A stretch of 64,000 nucleotides of DNA, from assembly GCA_963668145.2 (NCBI GenBank), contig CAXXJU010000031.1:55989-119988 (forward strand), given 5' to 3'. This DNA comes from Geopsychrobacteraceae bacterium (GTDB taxonomy: Bacteria > Desulfobacterota > Desulfuromonadia > Desulfuromonadales > Geopsychrobacteraceae). Below the pieces are notes generated by a model, which was not told the DNA's origin, ran no database searches, and was given only the letters and a program-made list of their open reading frames with translations. Of this stretch, positions 19,794 to 29,875 are shown in pieces (positions within the stretch are counted from its first letter, which is position 1; each line of letters starts with the position of its first letter). The translations under genes were made by a program, and so were the position numbers.

Positions 19794-20990
19794 ATGGACG
19801 GATACCGGGTTGGCCCGGAGACGGAACGGATGCTGGATTTGGGCCATCCGTGGATTATTGCGGATCGTTACACCAAGGGCTGGACTAAAGGCGCAAGCGG
19901 AGACCTGGTGCTGTTGCAGAATCAGGCCGGCAAGCCTTTGGCAACTGCTCTGCTCGACCCTGGCGACCGGATCGTCGCCCGGGTGCTGGCGCGTGGCCAG
20001 GTCAAGCTGTCAGCTCATTGGTTTGAGGAGAAATTTCTCGCGGCAAAGGCTCTGCGGGAACATGCCCAACTGACGGAAACCGATGTTTACCGCCTGGTCA
20101 ACGGTGAAGGCGACGGCCTGCCCGGATTGACCGTCGACCGCTATGGTGATTATCTGATGCTGCAGCTTTATACCAGCGCCTGGGATCGTTATCTGGAGCT
20201 GATAACGTCAGCCTTGGTCAAGGTTTTTACCCCGCGCGGGATCTACCGTAAGCTGCGGCCGCAGGAAACCCGTGCCTTGGAGGCCAAGGCGAACAGCAAA
20301 AAATACAGTCGTCTGTGCTGGGGGACAGCGGCCCCGGTACCGTTGATCGTGCAGGAGCACGGCATTTCCTATCTGGTTGATTTGAGCGAAGGGCTGAACA
20401 CCGGTATCTTCCCGGATCAGCGCAGAAATCGTCTTGAACTCATGTCGCGGGTTGCCGACAAGCGGGTGCTGAACCTGTTCGCGTTTACCGGGGCTTTTTC
20501 GGTAGCGGCTGCGGCGGCTGGCGCTGCTGCGGTCACCAGTGTCGACGTCTCTGCGAAATATCTTGGCATTGCCGAGGACAATTTCAAACTCAATAAGCTG
20601 GCCAGCGGTCGACATCGCTTTATTGTCGCCGATGTTTTCGCCGAGCTGGCGAAAATGCAGGCAAGCGGAACCCGGTTCGATGTTATTCTTTTTGATCCGC
20701 CTTCATTCTCTACCACCCGGAAGAGCCGTTTTTCCACCCAGGGCGGGACGGCAAAATTGGTGGCGGCAACCTTGCCCCTTTTGGAACCCGGCGGGCTCCT
20801 GGTGAGTTCGTCAAATCATCAGAAGGTGTCAATCGAAGACTATCTGAAGGAACTGCGCCGGGGTGCTTTACAAAGCCATGACGAGCTGCGGACGATTTTT
20901 GTCGGCGGCCAGCCGGAGGATTTCCCCTGTCCGGTGACGTTCCCGGAAGGGCGCTATCTCAAGTTCGTGATCAATGTCAAAGGGCTCTGA
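19794..20990 (+). CDS. PUA-domain rRNA methyltransferase, RlmI/RlmK-like
   Basis: GHPWI, EGDGLPGLTVDRY, VLNLFAFTGAFS and FDPPSF motifs. Confidence 0.88.
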   Translation: MDGYRVGPETERMLDLGHPWIIADRYTKGWTKGASGDLVLLQNQAGKPLATALLDPGDRIVARVLARGQVKLSAHWFEEKFLAAKALREHAQLTETDVYRLVNGEGDGLPGLTVDRYGDYLMLQLYTSAWDRYLELITSALVKVFTPRGIYRKLRPQETRALEAKANSKKYSRLCWGTAAPVPLIVQEHGISYLVDLSEGLNTGIFPDQRRNRLELMSRVADKRVLNLFAFTGAFSVAAAAAGAAAVTSVDVSAKYLGIAEDNFKLNKLASGRHRFIVADVFAELAKMQASGTRFDVILFDPPSFSTTRKSRFSTQGGTAKLVAATLPLLEPGGLLVSSSNHQKVSIEDYLKELRRGALQSHDELRTIFVGGQPEDFPCPVTFPEGRYLKFVINVKGL

Positions 20991-21048
20991 GCAAAACAGG
21001 ACTGCTGCTGAACAATCGACTGACGGTGATCTTGGCGACAGGGTAAGT

Positions 21049-22829
21049 ATGGAAAAAAAGCGGAAAGTTCAGTTACATAACCGGATCAGGCCGGTCTGGC
21101 TGGTGCTTGCGGGCCTGCTGGTGGCCGCTGTTATTGTCTGGCGGGTTTCGACCTGGACCTACGCTGAAGCGCTGGACTCCTTTGTCAAGACCGGTGAAGA
21201 ACGACTGACCCTCTATTCCAGCACTCTGCGGGCTGCATTGAGTCGCTACGCCTATCTTCCCTATGTCCTCTCCAATAACCGGGCGGTGCGCTCACTGCTG
21301 GCCGGTTCCGGTGCCGTGGACGGGGTGGATTATTATCTGGAATCGCTGAACCGGGAAGCAGGTTCGGAAGCTCTTTACGTCATGGATATCGACGGAGACA
21401 CCCTGGCGGCCAGCAATTGGCGGGACGAGCATACCTACGCTGGGCAGAATTATGGTTTCCGCCCCTATTTCCTGGACGCTAAAGCCGGCCGCAGGGGGTG
21501 GTATTTCGGCATCGGGGCAACCACCGGGCAGCCCGGCTATTTCATGTCCCATCCCGTCTTTGAGGACTCCGAATTCCTCGGCGCGGTGATCGTTAAGGTT
21601 GATCTGGCCCCGTTGCAGGATGACTGGCACCAGGGAGGGGAGACCGTGCTGGTCAGCGATTCCAATGGTGTACTCTTTTTGTCCAGCCGGGCGGACTGGC
21701 GTTACCGTACTCTGACGCCTCTCGGGCAGGAACAGATCGCGGCAATCCGGGCCGGCAAGCAATACGGCAACCAGTCGTTGGCTCTACTTGATCTGAAACC
21801 GCTCCAGACTCTGGCGGAAGGGAAGCGGATCGTTCGTTATCAGGGCGAAAAGTATCTGATGCTGTCACGGCCATTGCCGGATCAGGGTTGGCAGATTCAC
21901 CACCTGTTGCCCTTGGCGGCTGTCGACGAACGGGAAAAATCGGTGGGCGTCATCGGTTCGGTTCTGGCGCTGCTGTTTTTGGCTTTCGGCATGTATGTCC
22001 GCGAGCGTCGGCAAAAGCAGATTTCCAGGCGCAAAGCCAGGAAGCGGAAGCGATCCGCGAAATGAACCTGCGACTGCAGGATGAAGTGGCCGAGCGGATC
22101 CGGACCGAGAAAGCTTTGCGCGCGGCCCAGGATGAACTGATTCAAACTGGAAAGCTGGCGGCTCTTGGCCATATGGCGGCAGGGATTGTCCACGAGTTGA
22201 ACCAACCAATTGCTGCCATTCGGACCCACTCCGCCAGTTGTCGACTGCTGCTGGAGCGGAACAATATCGAGCAGATTCGGGAAACCCTGGTTTCGGTGTC
22301 CAGAATAACTGATCATATGGCTTCGATAACCGCCCAGTTGAAAATTTTCGCCCATAAGGCCCCCAAGCGGAAGGAGCAGGTGGTGTTGCAGGATTGCCTG
22401 GATGAGGTGCTGGGCATCACCGGGCCGCTGCTGACGGCCAACGGCATCAAGCTCCATTGCGAGCTTCCCGAAAGTCCGCTGGTGCTGGCCGGGGAACGCG
22501 CCAAGATTAAGCAGGTATTGGTCAACTTGATCGGCAATGCCGTTGATGCGATGCTGGAATGTCCGGAAAAAAATCTCTGGATCGAAGTGACAGCGGATAA
22601 TGTCGATGTGGAACTCACCATCCGCGACAGTGGCCCCGGAATTGCAAAAGAGTATATCGAAGAAATTTTTACGCCGTTTTTTACCACTAAGGATGTTGGG
22701 GAAGGGCTGGGCCTCGGTTTGTCGATTTCCTACCGCATCGTCTCTGATCTTGGTGGAACGATCCGGGCTCAGAATCTGGCTGAAGGCGGTGCACGGTTTG
22801 TGGTTCGGCTGCCGCGAAGGAATCTTTAA
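21049..22829 (+). CDS. dctB: C4-dicarboxylate sensor kinase, DctB type (frameshifted as sequenced near 22037)
   Basis: Cache domain (YGFRPYF) in the first ORF. H-box AAGIVHELNQP and GLGLGL in the second. One missing base at AAAGCC-AGGAA restores a single frame. Confidence 0.85.
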
Positions 22830-22832
22830 AAG

Positions 22833-24206
22833 ATGAGTACAGAGGATAAAAAGAATATTTTTCTCGTCGATGACGACGCCGATATGCGCGCGGCCACCGG
22901 CCAGTGGCTGGAACTTTCCGGCTACACGATTAAAAGCTTTCCTGAGGCCCAGGCGGCGCTTCAGCAGCTGACAGAGGCTTTTCCCGGGGTGGTGGTGAGC
23001 GATGTCCGGATGCCGCGGATGGACGGTATGGCTTTATTGGGCCGGATCACGGCCCTTGATCCGGACATCCCGGTGGTGCTGGTGACTGCCCATGGCGATG
23101 TGCAAATGGCAGTGGATGCTATGCGCCAGGGTGCCTACGATTTTATAGAGAAGCCCTTTGAACCGGAACAATTACTTGATGTGGTGGAACGGGCTTGTGA
23201 AAAGCGCCGGCTGGTCATGGAAAACCGCGAATTGCGGCGCAAGTTGTCGAATGATGGCGGCATTGAGCGGAAACTGATTGGTAACAGCGCCCCGATGCGG
23301 CGGCTTCGCGAAGAGATTCTCGATATCGCGGAGACCGACGCACCAGTCCTTATCCTGGGGGAGACCGGCACCGGGAAAGAGATTGTCGCGCGTTGTCTGC
23401 ACGATTTCGGGGCTCGCAAGGACGGCCGCTTTGTCGCGGTCAACTGCGGTGCGGTTCCCGAGACGGTTTTTGAATCAGAGCTGTTCGGTCACGAAAAAGG
23501 GGCTTTTACCGGCGCTGACCAGCGCCGCATCGGGCGTTTCGAGTATGCTCAGGGCGGGACACTGTTCCTGGATGAGATCAGCAGCATGCCGCTGCCTCTC
23601 CAGGTCAAGGTCCTGCGGGCGCTGCAAGAGAAGGAAATTGTGCGGATCGGTAGTAATGAGGCGCACATCCTTGACCTGCGGCTGATCAGCGCGGCCAACA
23701 CGGATTTGCTGGAAGACTGTGCCGCCGGACAGTTTCGGGAGGATCTTTACTATCGGATCAACGTGGTCGAGCTGCGCGTTCCACCCCTGCGCGAGCGCAG
23801 TGAGGATATTCCGCTGCTGTTCGACTACTTTGCCGCTCGAGCCGCCGAGGATTACCATCGTCCGCAGGTGTCCCTGCAGCTGGCTGACATCGGCCCGGTG
23901 ATGAGTCATGAGTGGCCGGGCAATGTCCGCGAGCTGAAGAATATCGCCGAGCGCTTTGTGCTCTCATCTTTGCCCCTGGAACAACGGCTCAGCAGCATCA
24001 TGCACCATCCCCAGCGCAATGCTGAAGAATGCGCGGGCGGATCGTTGCAGGATCGCTTGCGTTGCCATGAACGGATGTTGCTTGAACAGGCTTTGATCCG
24101 GTTCCGGGGTGATGTCCAGGCGGTCATGGATGAATTGGATATTCCGCGCCGGACTTTGAACGAAAAAATGTCCCGGCACGGTCTGGACCGGAGGAGTTAT
24201 CGCTAA
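22833..24206 (+). CDS. dctD: Sigma54-dependent response regulator, DctD type
   Basis: Receiver DVRMP, GETGTGKE, GAFTGA, WPGNVREL and a C-terminal HTH. Confidence 0.88.
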   Translation: MSTEDKKNIFLVDDDADMRAATGQWLELSGYTIKSFPEAQAALQQLTEAFPGVVVSDVRMPRMDGMALLGRITALDPDIPVVLVTAHGDVQMAVDAMRQGAYDFIEKPFEPEQLLDVVERACEKRRLVMENRELRRKLSNDGGIERKLIGNSAPMRRLREEILDIAETDAPVLILGETGTGKEIVARCLHDFGARKDGRFVAVNCGAVPETVFESELFGHEKGAFTGADQRRIGRFEYAQGGTLFLDEISSMPLPLQVKVLRALQEKEIVRIGSNEAHILDLRLISAANTDLLEDCAAGQFREDLYYRINVVELRVPPLRERSEDIPLLFDYFAARAAEDYHRPQVSLQLADIGPVMSHEWPGNVRELKNIAERFVLSSLPLEQRLSSIMHHPQRNAEECAGGSLQDRLRCHERMLLEQALIRFRGDVQAVMDELDIPRRTLNEKMSRHGLDRRSYR

Positions 24207-24207
24207 A

Positions 24208-24327
24208 GCCAATCGGCAAGATCTTGCCGATTGGCGTCAACTTGTCGGCATGATCTTGCCGAAATTTCCTGTCTTTCTTTTTAAAACCCCGTTTTTTCAG
24301 CCTTTCAAAGATGGCACGCCCTTTGAA
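24208..24327 (+). promoter_or_regulatory. Tandem enhancer palindromes and a sigma54-type promoter for the TAXI-TRAP operon
   Basis: Perfect 28-bp palindrome at 24208-24235 and a second copy TCGGCATGATCTTGCCGA at 24245-24262, centres 32 bp apart. TGGCAC-N5-TTGAA at 24312-24327 has a non-consensus -12. Confidence 0.65.
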
Positions 24328-24640
24328 GAAGCTTTCCAACAGGATCATTCTCAACGGGGAGTTCTTGATTGACGTCACTGCCACGAGCCTGAGCCGATCC
24401 GCTCCGACTCTTTCGTCTAACCCCGCTTCGATCCGTTTTCCAAAATCTTAGCTTGATGAATGTTCCGGCCGGGCGGCTGCCTTTGGATAACCGTCGTTGC
24501 TCCTGCCGGGGCGATCTTTAGGATGCTTTTGGCCGCACGTTTGACGCGTGCATAACCTCTCTGGGAGCTCTGCGGTTGCCATTCCGGTCTTGCCGGGTTG
24601 AATCGTATTCTTCCGGTACGCTCACTTAAGGAGAAAAAGT

Positions 24641-25594
24641 ATGAAGCGTTTCCTGTCTGCAATCTTTATCACCCTGCTGCTGGTTCCCTCGCTGTCCTTT
24701 GCTGCAAATTATCGTTTTGTTTCGGGCCCGCAGGGCGGCAACTGGTTCGTACTGGGTGGGGCGATCAGTTCGTATTTCAGTAAAGCCGGCATGAATACCT
24801 CCAGCTCAACGGGCGGCGGAGTCTCCAACGTCATGAACGTCGACCGCGGTAAGGCAGATCTCGGCTTTACGGTCGGTTCGCTGTTGGGCGCAGCAACCAA
24901 AGGGAAAGGCGTTTTCAAAAAGCCGATCAGCAATGCCGTTGTGCTGTCGAACCTCTATCCTCAGATCACCTATTTCATCGCCCGCAAAGATTTTGTGGAA
25001 AAAAATAATATTAAAACCCTGAAGGATGCCTTGGCTGTTAAATCGCTGCGGATCGCCAGTCTGAAGCCCGGTACCTCTTCCGAATTCGTGGTCAGCTCCC
25101 TGCTGGACCTCGGTTACGGCATGGACTGGAAATCGATCAAAGAAGGCGGTGGCCAGGTTCAGTTTGCGTCTTACTCTGACGGTGCCGGTCTGATCTCTGA
25201 TGATCATATCGACATATTTGCCTTCTCGGTCGGCAAGATCGCCTCCATCATCATGAATATCGAAAGCCAGACCAATATCGTGATCCTGCCGGTTGACGAT
25301 AACGCTCTGCAGGCCCTCAGTGATGCCTATGGTACCGGAACCCACTACATTGAACCCGGTATCTACAAAAGTGTGACCTCCAAAATCCCGACTGTCGGCG
25401 ATTACACGGTTTGTATCGTCCGCAAAAACATGCCTGATGATGTCGTCAAGAAAATGGCTGCCACTCTGCTGGAAAACAAAGACAACCTGGCAACCACCAT
25501 CAAAGACTTCGAAGCCTTCAATGCGACCAGCGCCGTTGCCAAGAAACTGCCGATGCACCCTGCTGCAAAAGCATTTTTCGAAGCTCAACAGTAA
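24641..25594 (+). CDS. TAXI-family TRAP solute-binding protein
   Basis: Signal peptide, SGPQGGNWFVLG, STGGGVSNV, LYPQ and PMHPAA motifs. Confidence 0.92.
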   Translation: MKRFLSAIFITLLLVPSLSFAANYRFVSGPQGGNWFVLGGAISSYFSKAGMNTSSSTGGGVSNVMNVDRGKADLGFTVGSLLGAATKGKGVFKKPISNAVVLSNLYPQITYFIARKDFVEKNNIKTLKDALAVKSLRIASLKPGTSSEFVVSSLLDLGYGMDWKSIKEGGGQVQFASYSDGAGLISDDHIDIFAFSVGKIASIIMNIESQTNIVILPVDDNALQALSDAYGTGTHYIEPGIYKSVTSKIPTVGDYTVCIVRKNMPDDVVKKMAATLLENKDNLATTIKDFEAFNATSAVAKKLPMHPAAKAFFEAQQ

Positions 25595-25672
25595 TCAAAA
25601 TCGCACAATATTTCGGGATCACGACCATAGTTGGGCGTGATCCCGGTTTTCCCCTGAGTAAGGAGCTCCTGC

Positions 25673-27556
25673 ATGAGGGAATTTAATAATAAAACACTGA
25701 ACATCCTGCTTGGCCTGTGGTTGGTTCTCGGCGTTTGTTTTCACCTGTATACGGCAGCGTTCGGGGTTCTCGAAGCCTGGATGCAACGTATGGTCCACTT
25801 GTCCTGGGTTTTCCCGATTGCTTTTATCTACTGGCCGTTCAGCAAAAAGTCGCCTAAGGATAGAGTTCCTTTTTACGATTATATCATTGCTTTCATCTCG
25901 ATTCTGCCAGGGGCTTACGGCATCTGGAATTCCGATCTGATTCTGTTTCGTATCGACCAGGTCGACCCGGTTACCAATGCCCAGTTGATCCTGGGGATTA
26001 TCCTGGTGCTCTGCCTGATTGAGGCGACTCGTCGCCTGCTCGGCTGGCCGCTGACCATCATTAGTTCCTTTTTTGCCTTTTACATGGTTTTTGGCGCCTA
26101 TTTCCCAGGGATCATGCGCGGTGAGGATTTCTCGTTGCGGGAGGTGATCGAATCCTTGTTTTTGACCCAGGACGGCATTTTTTCCATGCCCCTGGGAGTC
26201 TCTGCAACCTACGTGGTGATTTTCCTGATCTTCGGAGCCTTTCTCGAGGTCAGCGGGGTCGGTCCCTGGTTTATGGAGTTTTCATCGCGGGTGGCCGGTA
26301 AATCCATCGGTGGTCCGGCCAAAATCGCCGTGGTAAGCTCTTGTCTGTTCGGGTCCATTTCCGGTTCGGCCGTGGCCAATGTCTATTCGACCGGGAACTT
26401 TACCATTCCAATGATGAAACGGACCGGTTTTGCGCCGGTGCTGGCTGGTGGGATCGAGACCATGGCGTCCACCGGGGGGCAGTTGATGCCGCCGCTGATG
26501 GGGGCCGGGGCCTTTGTCATGTCCGCCTATCTCGGGGTGGAATTCAAGGTAATTATGGTTGCTGCGCTGTTGCCTGCGCTGCTCTATTACGGAACCGCGC
26601 TGCTGATGATCCACTATGTGGCCAAGCGAGATGGTTTCGTCGGGCTGAAAGAGGCGGATTTGCCGCGCTGGTCCCATGTGCTGAAGCGCAGTTTTCTGCT
26701 CTTGCCGATTCTGGTGCTGGTGGTCGCCCTGCTGATGGGTAAGACCCCGATGCTGGCCGGCTTGGTTGGCATTATCCTGGCCTGGGGCGTGTCCCTGTTC
26801 AATCGCGGTTACCGGATGGGACCCAAACGTCTGGTTGAAGCCCTGATCATGGCCGGAAAATCCGTTCCCGTTATTGCCATTGCCTGTGCCTCGGCCGGTA
26901 TCGTCATCGGTTCCATTGCCCTGACCGGGATTGGGTTCAAAATCGGTGCACTGATATCGACCCTGTCTGGCAACTCAAGTTTCATGGCCCTGTTCCTGAT
27001 TGCTATCCTGGCGGTTATCTTCGGGATGGGTTTGCCGACGACTTCGGCCTATATCATCGCCGCGGCCCTGGGGGTCAGCAGCTTGACCAAACTTGGTTTT
27101 GCCCCTTTGAACGCGCACCTCTTCGTGTTCTATTTCGCGGTGCTGTCCAATATGACTCCGCCGGTGGCGCTGGCGTCCTTTGCGGCAGGAACAATTGCCG
27201 GAGACAGTCCCATGAAGATCGCTGTGACCGCGATGCGCATCGGCGTGGTTGCGTTTATCGTTCCCTTTGCGTTTGCCTATGATTCGGCGCTGCTGCTGCA
27301 GGGGAGTTGGCTGGAGACCGTGGGGGTCATTGTTTCTGCCACGGTGGCCGGTTATCTGTTATCGGTCGGTTTTGCAGGCTTTTTCCAATCCAAACTGGCC
27401 AACTGGAGCCGTGCACTGATCATCGCTACCGGGGTGCTCTGTTTCTTCCCGCACTGGCCTTACCGGCTGGCCGGCCTTGCGATCGGGATTGGAGTGCTGG
27501 TTCTTCTGCAATTTAAAGAGGCGGCCTTTAAAAAGACCCTGCCGGTGCAGAACTGA
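25673..27556 (+). CDS. TRAP transporter fused (4TM/12TM) permease
   Basis: GGPAKIAVVSS, ISGSAVANV, ASTGGQLMPPLMGAGAF and TPPVALA motifs. Confidence 0.93.
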   Translation: MREFNNKTLNILLGLWLVLGVCFHLYTAAFGVLEAWMQRMVHLSWVFPIAFIYWPFSKKSPKDRVPFYDYIIAFISILPGAYGIWNSDLILFRIDQVDPVTNAQLILGIILVLCLIEATRRLLGWPLTIISSFFAFYMVFGAYFPGIMRGEDFSLREVIESLFLTQDGIFSMPLGVSATYVVIFLIFGAFLEVSGVGPWFMEFSSRVAGKSIGGPAKIAVVSSCLFGSISGSAVANVYSTGNFTIPMMKRTGFAPVLAGGIETMASTGGQLMPPLMGAGAFVMSAYLGVEFKVIMVAALLPALLYYGTALLMIHYVAKRDGFVGLKEADLPRWSHVLKRSFLLLPILVLVVALLMGKTPMLAGLVGIILAWGVSLFNRGYRMGPKRLVEALIMAGKSVPVIAIACASAGIVIGSIALTGIGFKIGALISTLSGNSSFMALFLIAILAVIFGMGLPTTSAYIIAAALGVSSLTKLGFAPLNAHLFVFYFAVLSNMTPPVALASFAAGTIAGDSPMKIAVTAMRIGVVAFIVPFAFAYDSALLLQGSWLETVGVIVSATVAGYLLSVGFAGFFQSKLANWSRALIIATGVLCFFPHWPYRLAGLAIGIGVLVLLQFKEAAFKKTLPVQN

Positions 27557-27638
27557 GCCTCGCTCCGGCGTTGTTGCCACCCTGAATTTATTTTCCTGCC
27601 TGTCTTTGAGGCAGAACCATTGATTGCTAATGCTAATG

Positions 27639-27675
27639 ATCCGCAGAAGACTGCCCGCTTCTGCGGATTTTTTTT
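27639..27675 (+). terminator. Rho-independent terminator
   Basis: ATCCGCAGAAG ... CTTCTGCGGAT followed by a T run. Confidence 0.7.
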
Positions 27676-27786
27676 CCTCGGCTAAGTGCAAGCCTGCAGG
27701 AAATGGTGGTTTCTGGGCTTGAATATTCGGTGTCCGATCGTATATTCTGCGGCATCTACAACCTCTTCCGGTAAAAAGGAACTGTC

Positions 27787-28551
27787 ATGACTTTTGAATA
27801 TGCGTTGGTCCGTCGGCCCGGGCGCAGTATCAGCAACGGACTCTCCACCGCTAACCTTGGCCAGCCGTCTTATCCGCGGGTGCTGGCCCAGCATGATGCT
27901 TATATTGAGGCCCTGCAGCGGTGCGGACTGGAGGTGATCTGCCTGGACCCGCTGGAGGAATTTCCCGATTCGACCTTTGTCGAAGACACGGCGGTGCTCA
28001 TCAAAAGTTGTGCGATCCTGACCGTACCGGGAGCCCGTTCGCGTCGTGGGGAGGTCGCTGCCATCGCTTCAGTGCTGGCCGATTTTTTCCCGGAGGTCAA
28101 AAGGATCGAGGCTCCAGGCCAGTTGGACGGCGGGGATGTCATGGCGGTCGATTCCTGTCTTTATGTCGGGCTCTCCGGGCGAACCAATCAGCAGGGGATC
28201 GAGCAATTGGGCGAGATCGTCGCCGAGCATGGTTTGCGGGTGAGTGCAGTTCCGGTTAGCGGCTGCCTGCATTTGAAAACCGGCGTAACCAGGATCGCCG
28301 AGCGGACCCTGCTCGGCACGGAAAGCCTACTCGGATTTCCGGGGTTTGCCGAGTTTAAAAAAATCAACCTCGGAGCGGATTGCGCTGCCGCGGCCAATTG
28401 TATTGCGATCAACGGAAAATTACTGATGCCGGCCGGCTTTCCGGCGCTCAAGGAGATGCTGAGCAGTTGCGCTCGGGAGGTGATTGAAGTCGATATCTCC
28501 GAGTTTGCGAAAATCGACGGCGGCCTGACCTGCCTCTCGCTGCGATTTTAA
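27787..28551 (+). CDS. ddaH: N(G),N(G)-dimethylarginine dimethylaminohydrolase (amidinotransferase fold)
   Basis: FPDSTFVED, LDGGDV, LHLKTG and DGGLTCLSLRF match the Pseudomonas DDAH pattern, including the catalytic Cys and His. Confidence 0.88.
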   Translation: MTFEYALVRRPGRSISNGLSTANLGQPSYPRVLAQHDAYIEALQRCGLEVICLDPLEEFPDSTFVEDTAVLIKSCAILTVPGARSRRGEVAAIASVLADFFPEVKRIEAPGQLDGGDVMAVDSCLYVGLSGRTNQQGIEQLGEIVAEHGLRVSAVPVSGCLHLKTGVTRIAERTLLGTESLLGFPGFAEFKKINLGADCAAAANCIAINGKLLMPAGFPALKEMLSSCAREVIEVDISEFAKIDGGLTCLSLRF

Positions 28552-28767
28552 TCAGCCCAGACTCCCCCTCTGTACACCCTTGTCAGCCGTATAATCTTCG
28601 CTCATACGGCTTTTTCTGTTACAAACCTATAAAACAACTATAAAACTATGTTATTTTTGGTATGCTTGCAGCTGTTGGAAAGGATTATAAGCCTGTTGAA
28701 CGGACAAACATCGTCAGGGACTTTTCCCTGATTACCACCTACCCCCCTACTGTCGAGGAGGATGAAC

Positions 28768-29799
28768 ATGTCACTTGCAAGATGTTTCAGGAAGCTGGTG
28801 TTTGTTGTTGTTGCGACGACTTTTGTGTTGGGTTTCGGCAGCGGTGTACAGGCCGCTCCGGCAGAACGGAATTATCTGATGGCCACCGCCTCAACCGGTG
28901 GAACTTATTACCCGGTCGGGGTTGCTCTGTCGACTCTGGTGAAAGTCAAACTCCAGCCGACGGAAAAGATCGGTATGTCAGCGATCAATTCGGCTGGTTC
29001 CGGTGAAAATATCAAGCTGCTACGCGAAAACGAAGTCCAGTTCGCCATCTTGCAGGGGCTCTTCGGTTCCTATGCCTGGAACGGCACCGGGCCGATTGCC
29101 AGTGAAGGTCCGCAAAAAAACCTGCGCTCGGTGACCATGCTCTGGCAGAATGTCGAACATTACGGGGTTCTCAAAAAATTTGCCAAAACCGGGACAGCAT
29201 CGGATCTCGCTGGTATGAAAGGCGAGACCATGTCAATGGGGAAAAAGAACTCCGGCACCATCGGCTCCAACAAGGTTATTCTGGGCAACCTCGGCATTGA
29301 TATTGACAAGGATTATAACCTGATCTATGTCGGCTATGGCCCGACGGCCGACGCCCTGCAAAACGGGCAGATCGCCGGCTTCGGCATCCCGGCCGGAGTG
29401 CCGGCCAGTGCCATCACCAAGGCGATGGCGAACCTCGGTGATGACATGGTCATCCTCGACTTTACCGACGCACAGCTTAAACAGGCTGATGGCGGACTGG
29501 ACCTCTGGACCCGTTATATCATCCCTGCCGAAACCTATCCCGGCCAGAGAAAAGACATCAACACCATCGCCCAGCCGAACTTTCTCGGGGTTCGTGCCGA
29601 TGTTGATGAAGATGCCGTTTATAAAATCACCAAGACGATCTATGAAAACCTGCCGTTCTTGAATGCGATCCATGGCGCGACCAAAGCCATGGCCATTGAA
29701 AAAGCGATTTCAGGGCTGCCGATGCCACTGCATCCGGGCGCGTTGAAGTATTACCAGGAAGTCGGCATCAAAGTTCCCGCCCGTCTGATCGCCAATTGA
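28768..29799 (+). CDS. TAXI-family TRAP solute-binding protein
   Basis: ATASTGGTYYPVG, SAGSGENI and LPMPLHPGALKYY motifs. Confidence 0.92.
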   Translation: MSLARCFRKLVFVVVATTFVLGFGSGVQAAPAERNYLMATASTGGTYYPVGVALSTLVKVKLQPTEKIGMSAINSAGSGENIKLLRENEVQFAILQGLFGSYAWNGTGPIASEGPQKNLRSVTMLWQNVEHYGVLKKFAKTGTASDLAGMKGETMSMGKKNSGTIGSNKVILGNLGIDIDKDYNLIYVGYGPTADALQNGQIAGFGIPAGVPASAITKAMANLGDDMVILDFTDAQLKQADGGLDLWTRYIIPAETYPGQRKDINTIAQPNFLGVRADVDEDAVYKITKTIYENLPFLNAIHGATKAMAIEKAISGLPMPLHPGALKYYQEVGIKVPARLIAN

Positions 29800-29820
29800 T
29801 CGTTACCTGATTGCCGGTTT

Positions 29821-29854
29821 ACCCGGCCGCCTGCTCAAGGGTGGCCGGGTTTTT
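29821..29854 (+). terminator. Hairpin plus T tract between binding protein and permease (attenuating or stabilising)
   Basis: ACCCGGCC ... GGCCGGGT-TTTT. Confidence 0.55.
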
Positions 29855-29875
29855 ATATCTGGAGCTTACTTTCTT

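Noticed and set aside
28655-28675. Sigma54 promoter before the second TAXI gene
   Set aside because: GG-N10-GC spacing is present but the -12 box lacks TTGC, so it is too weak to call.
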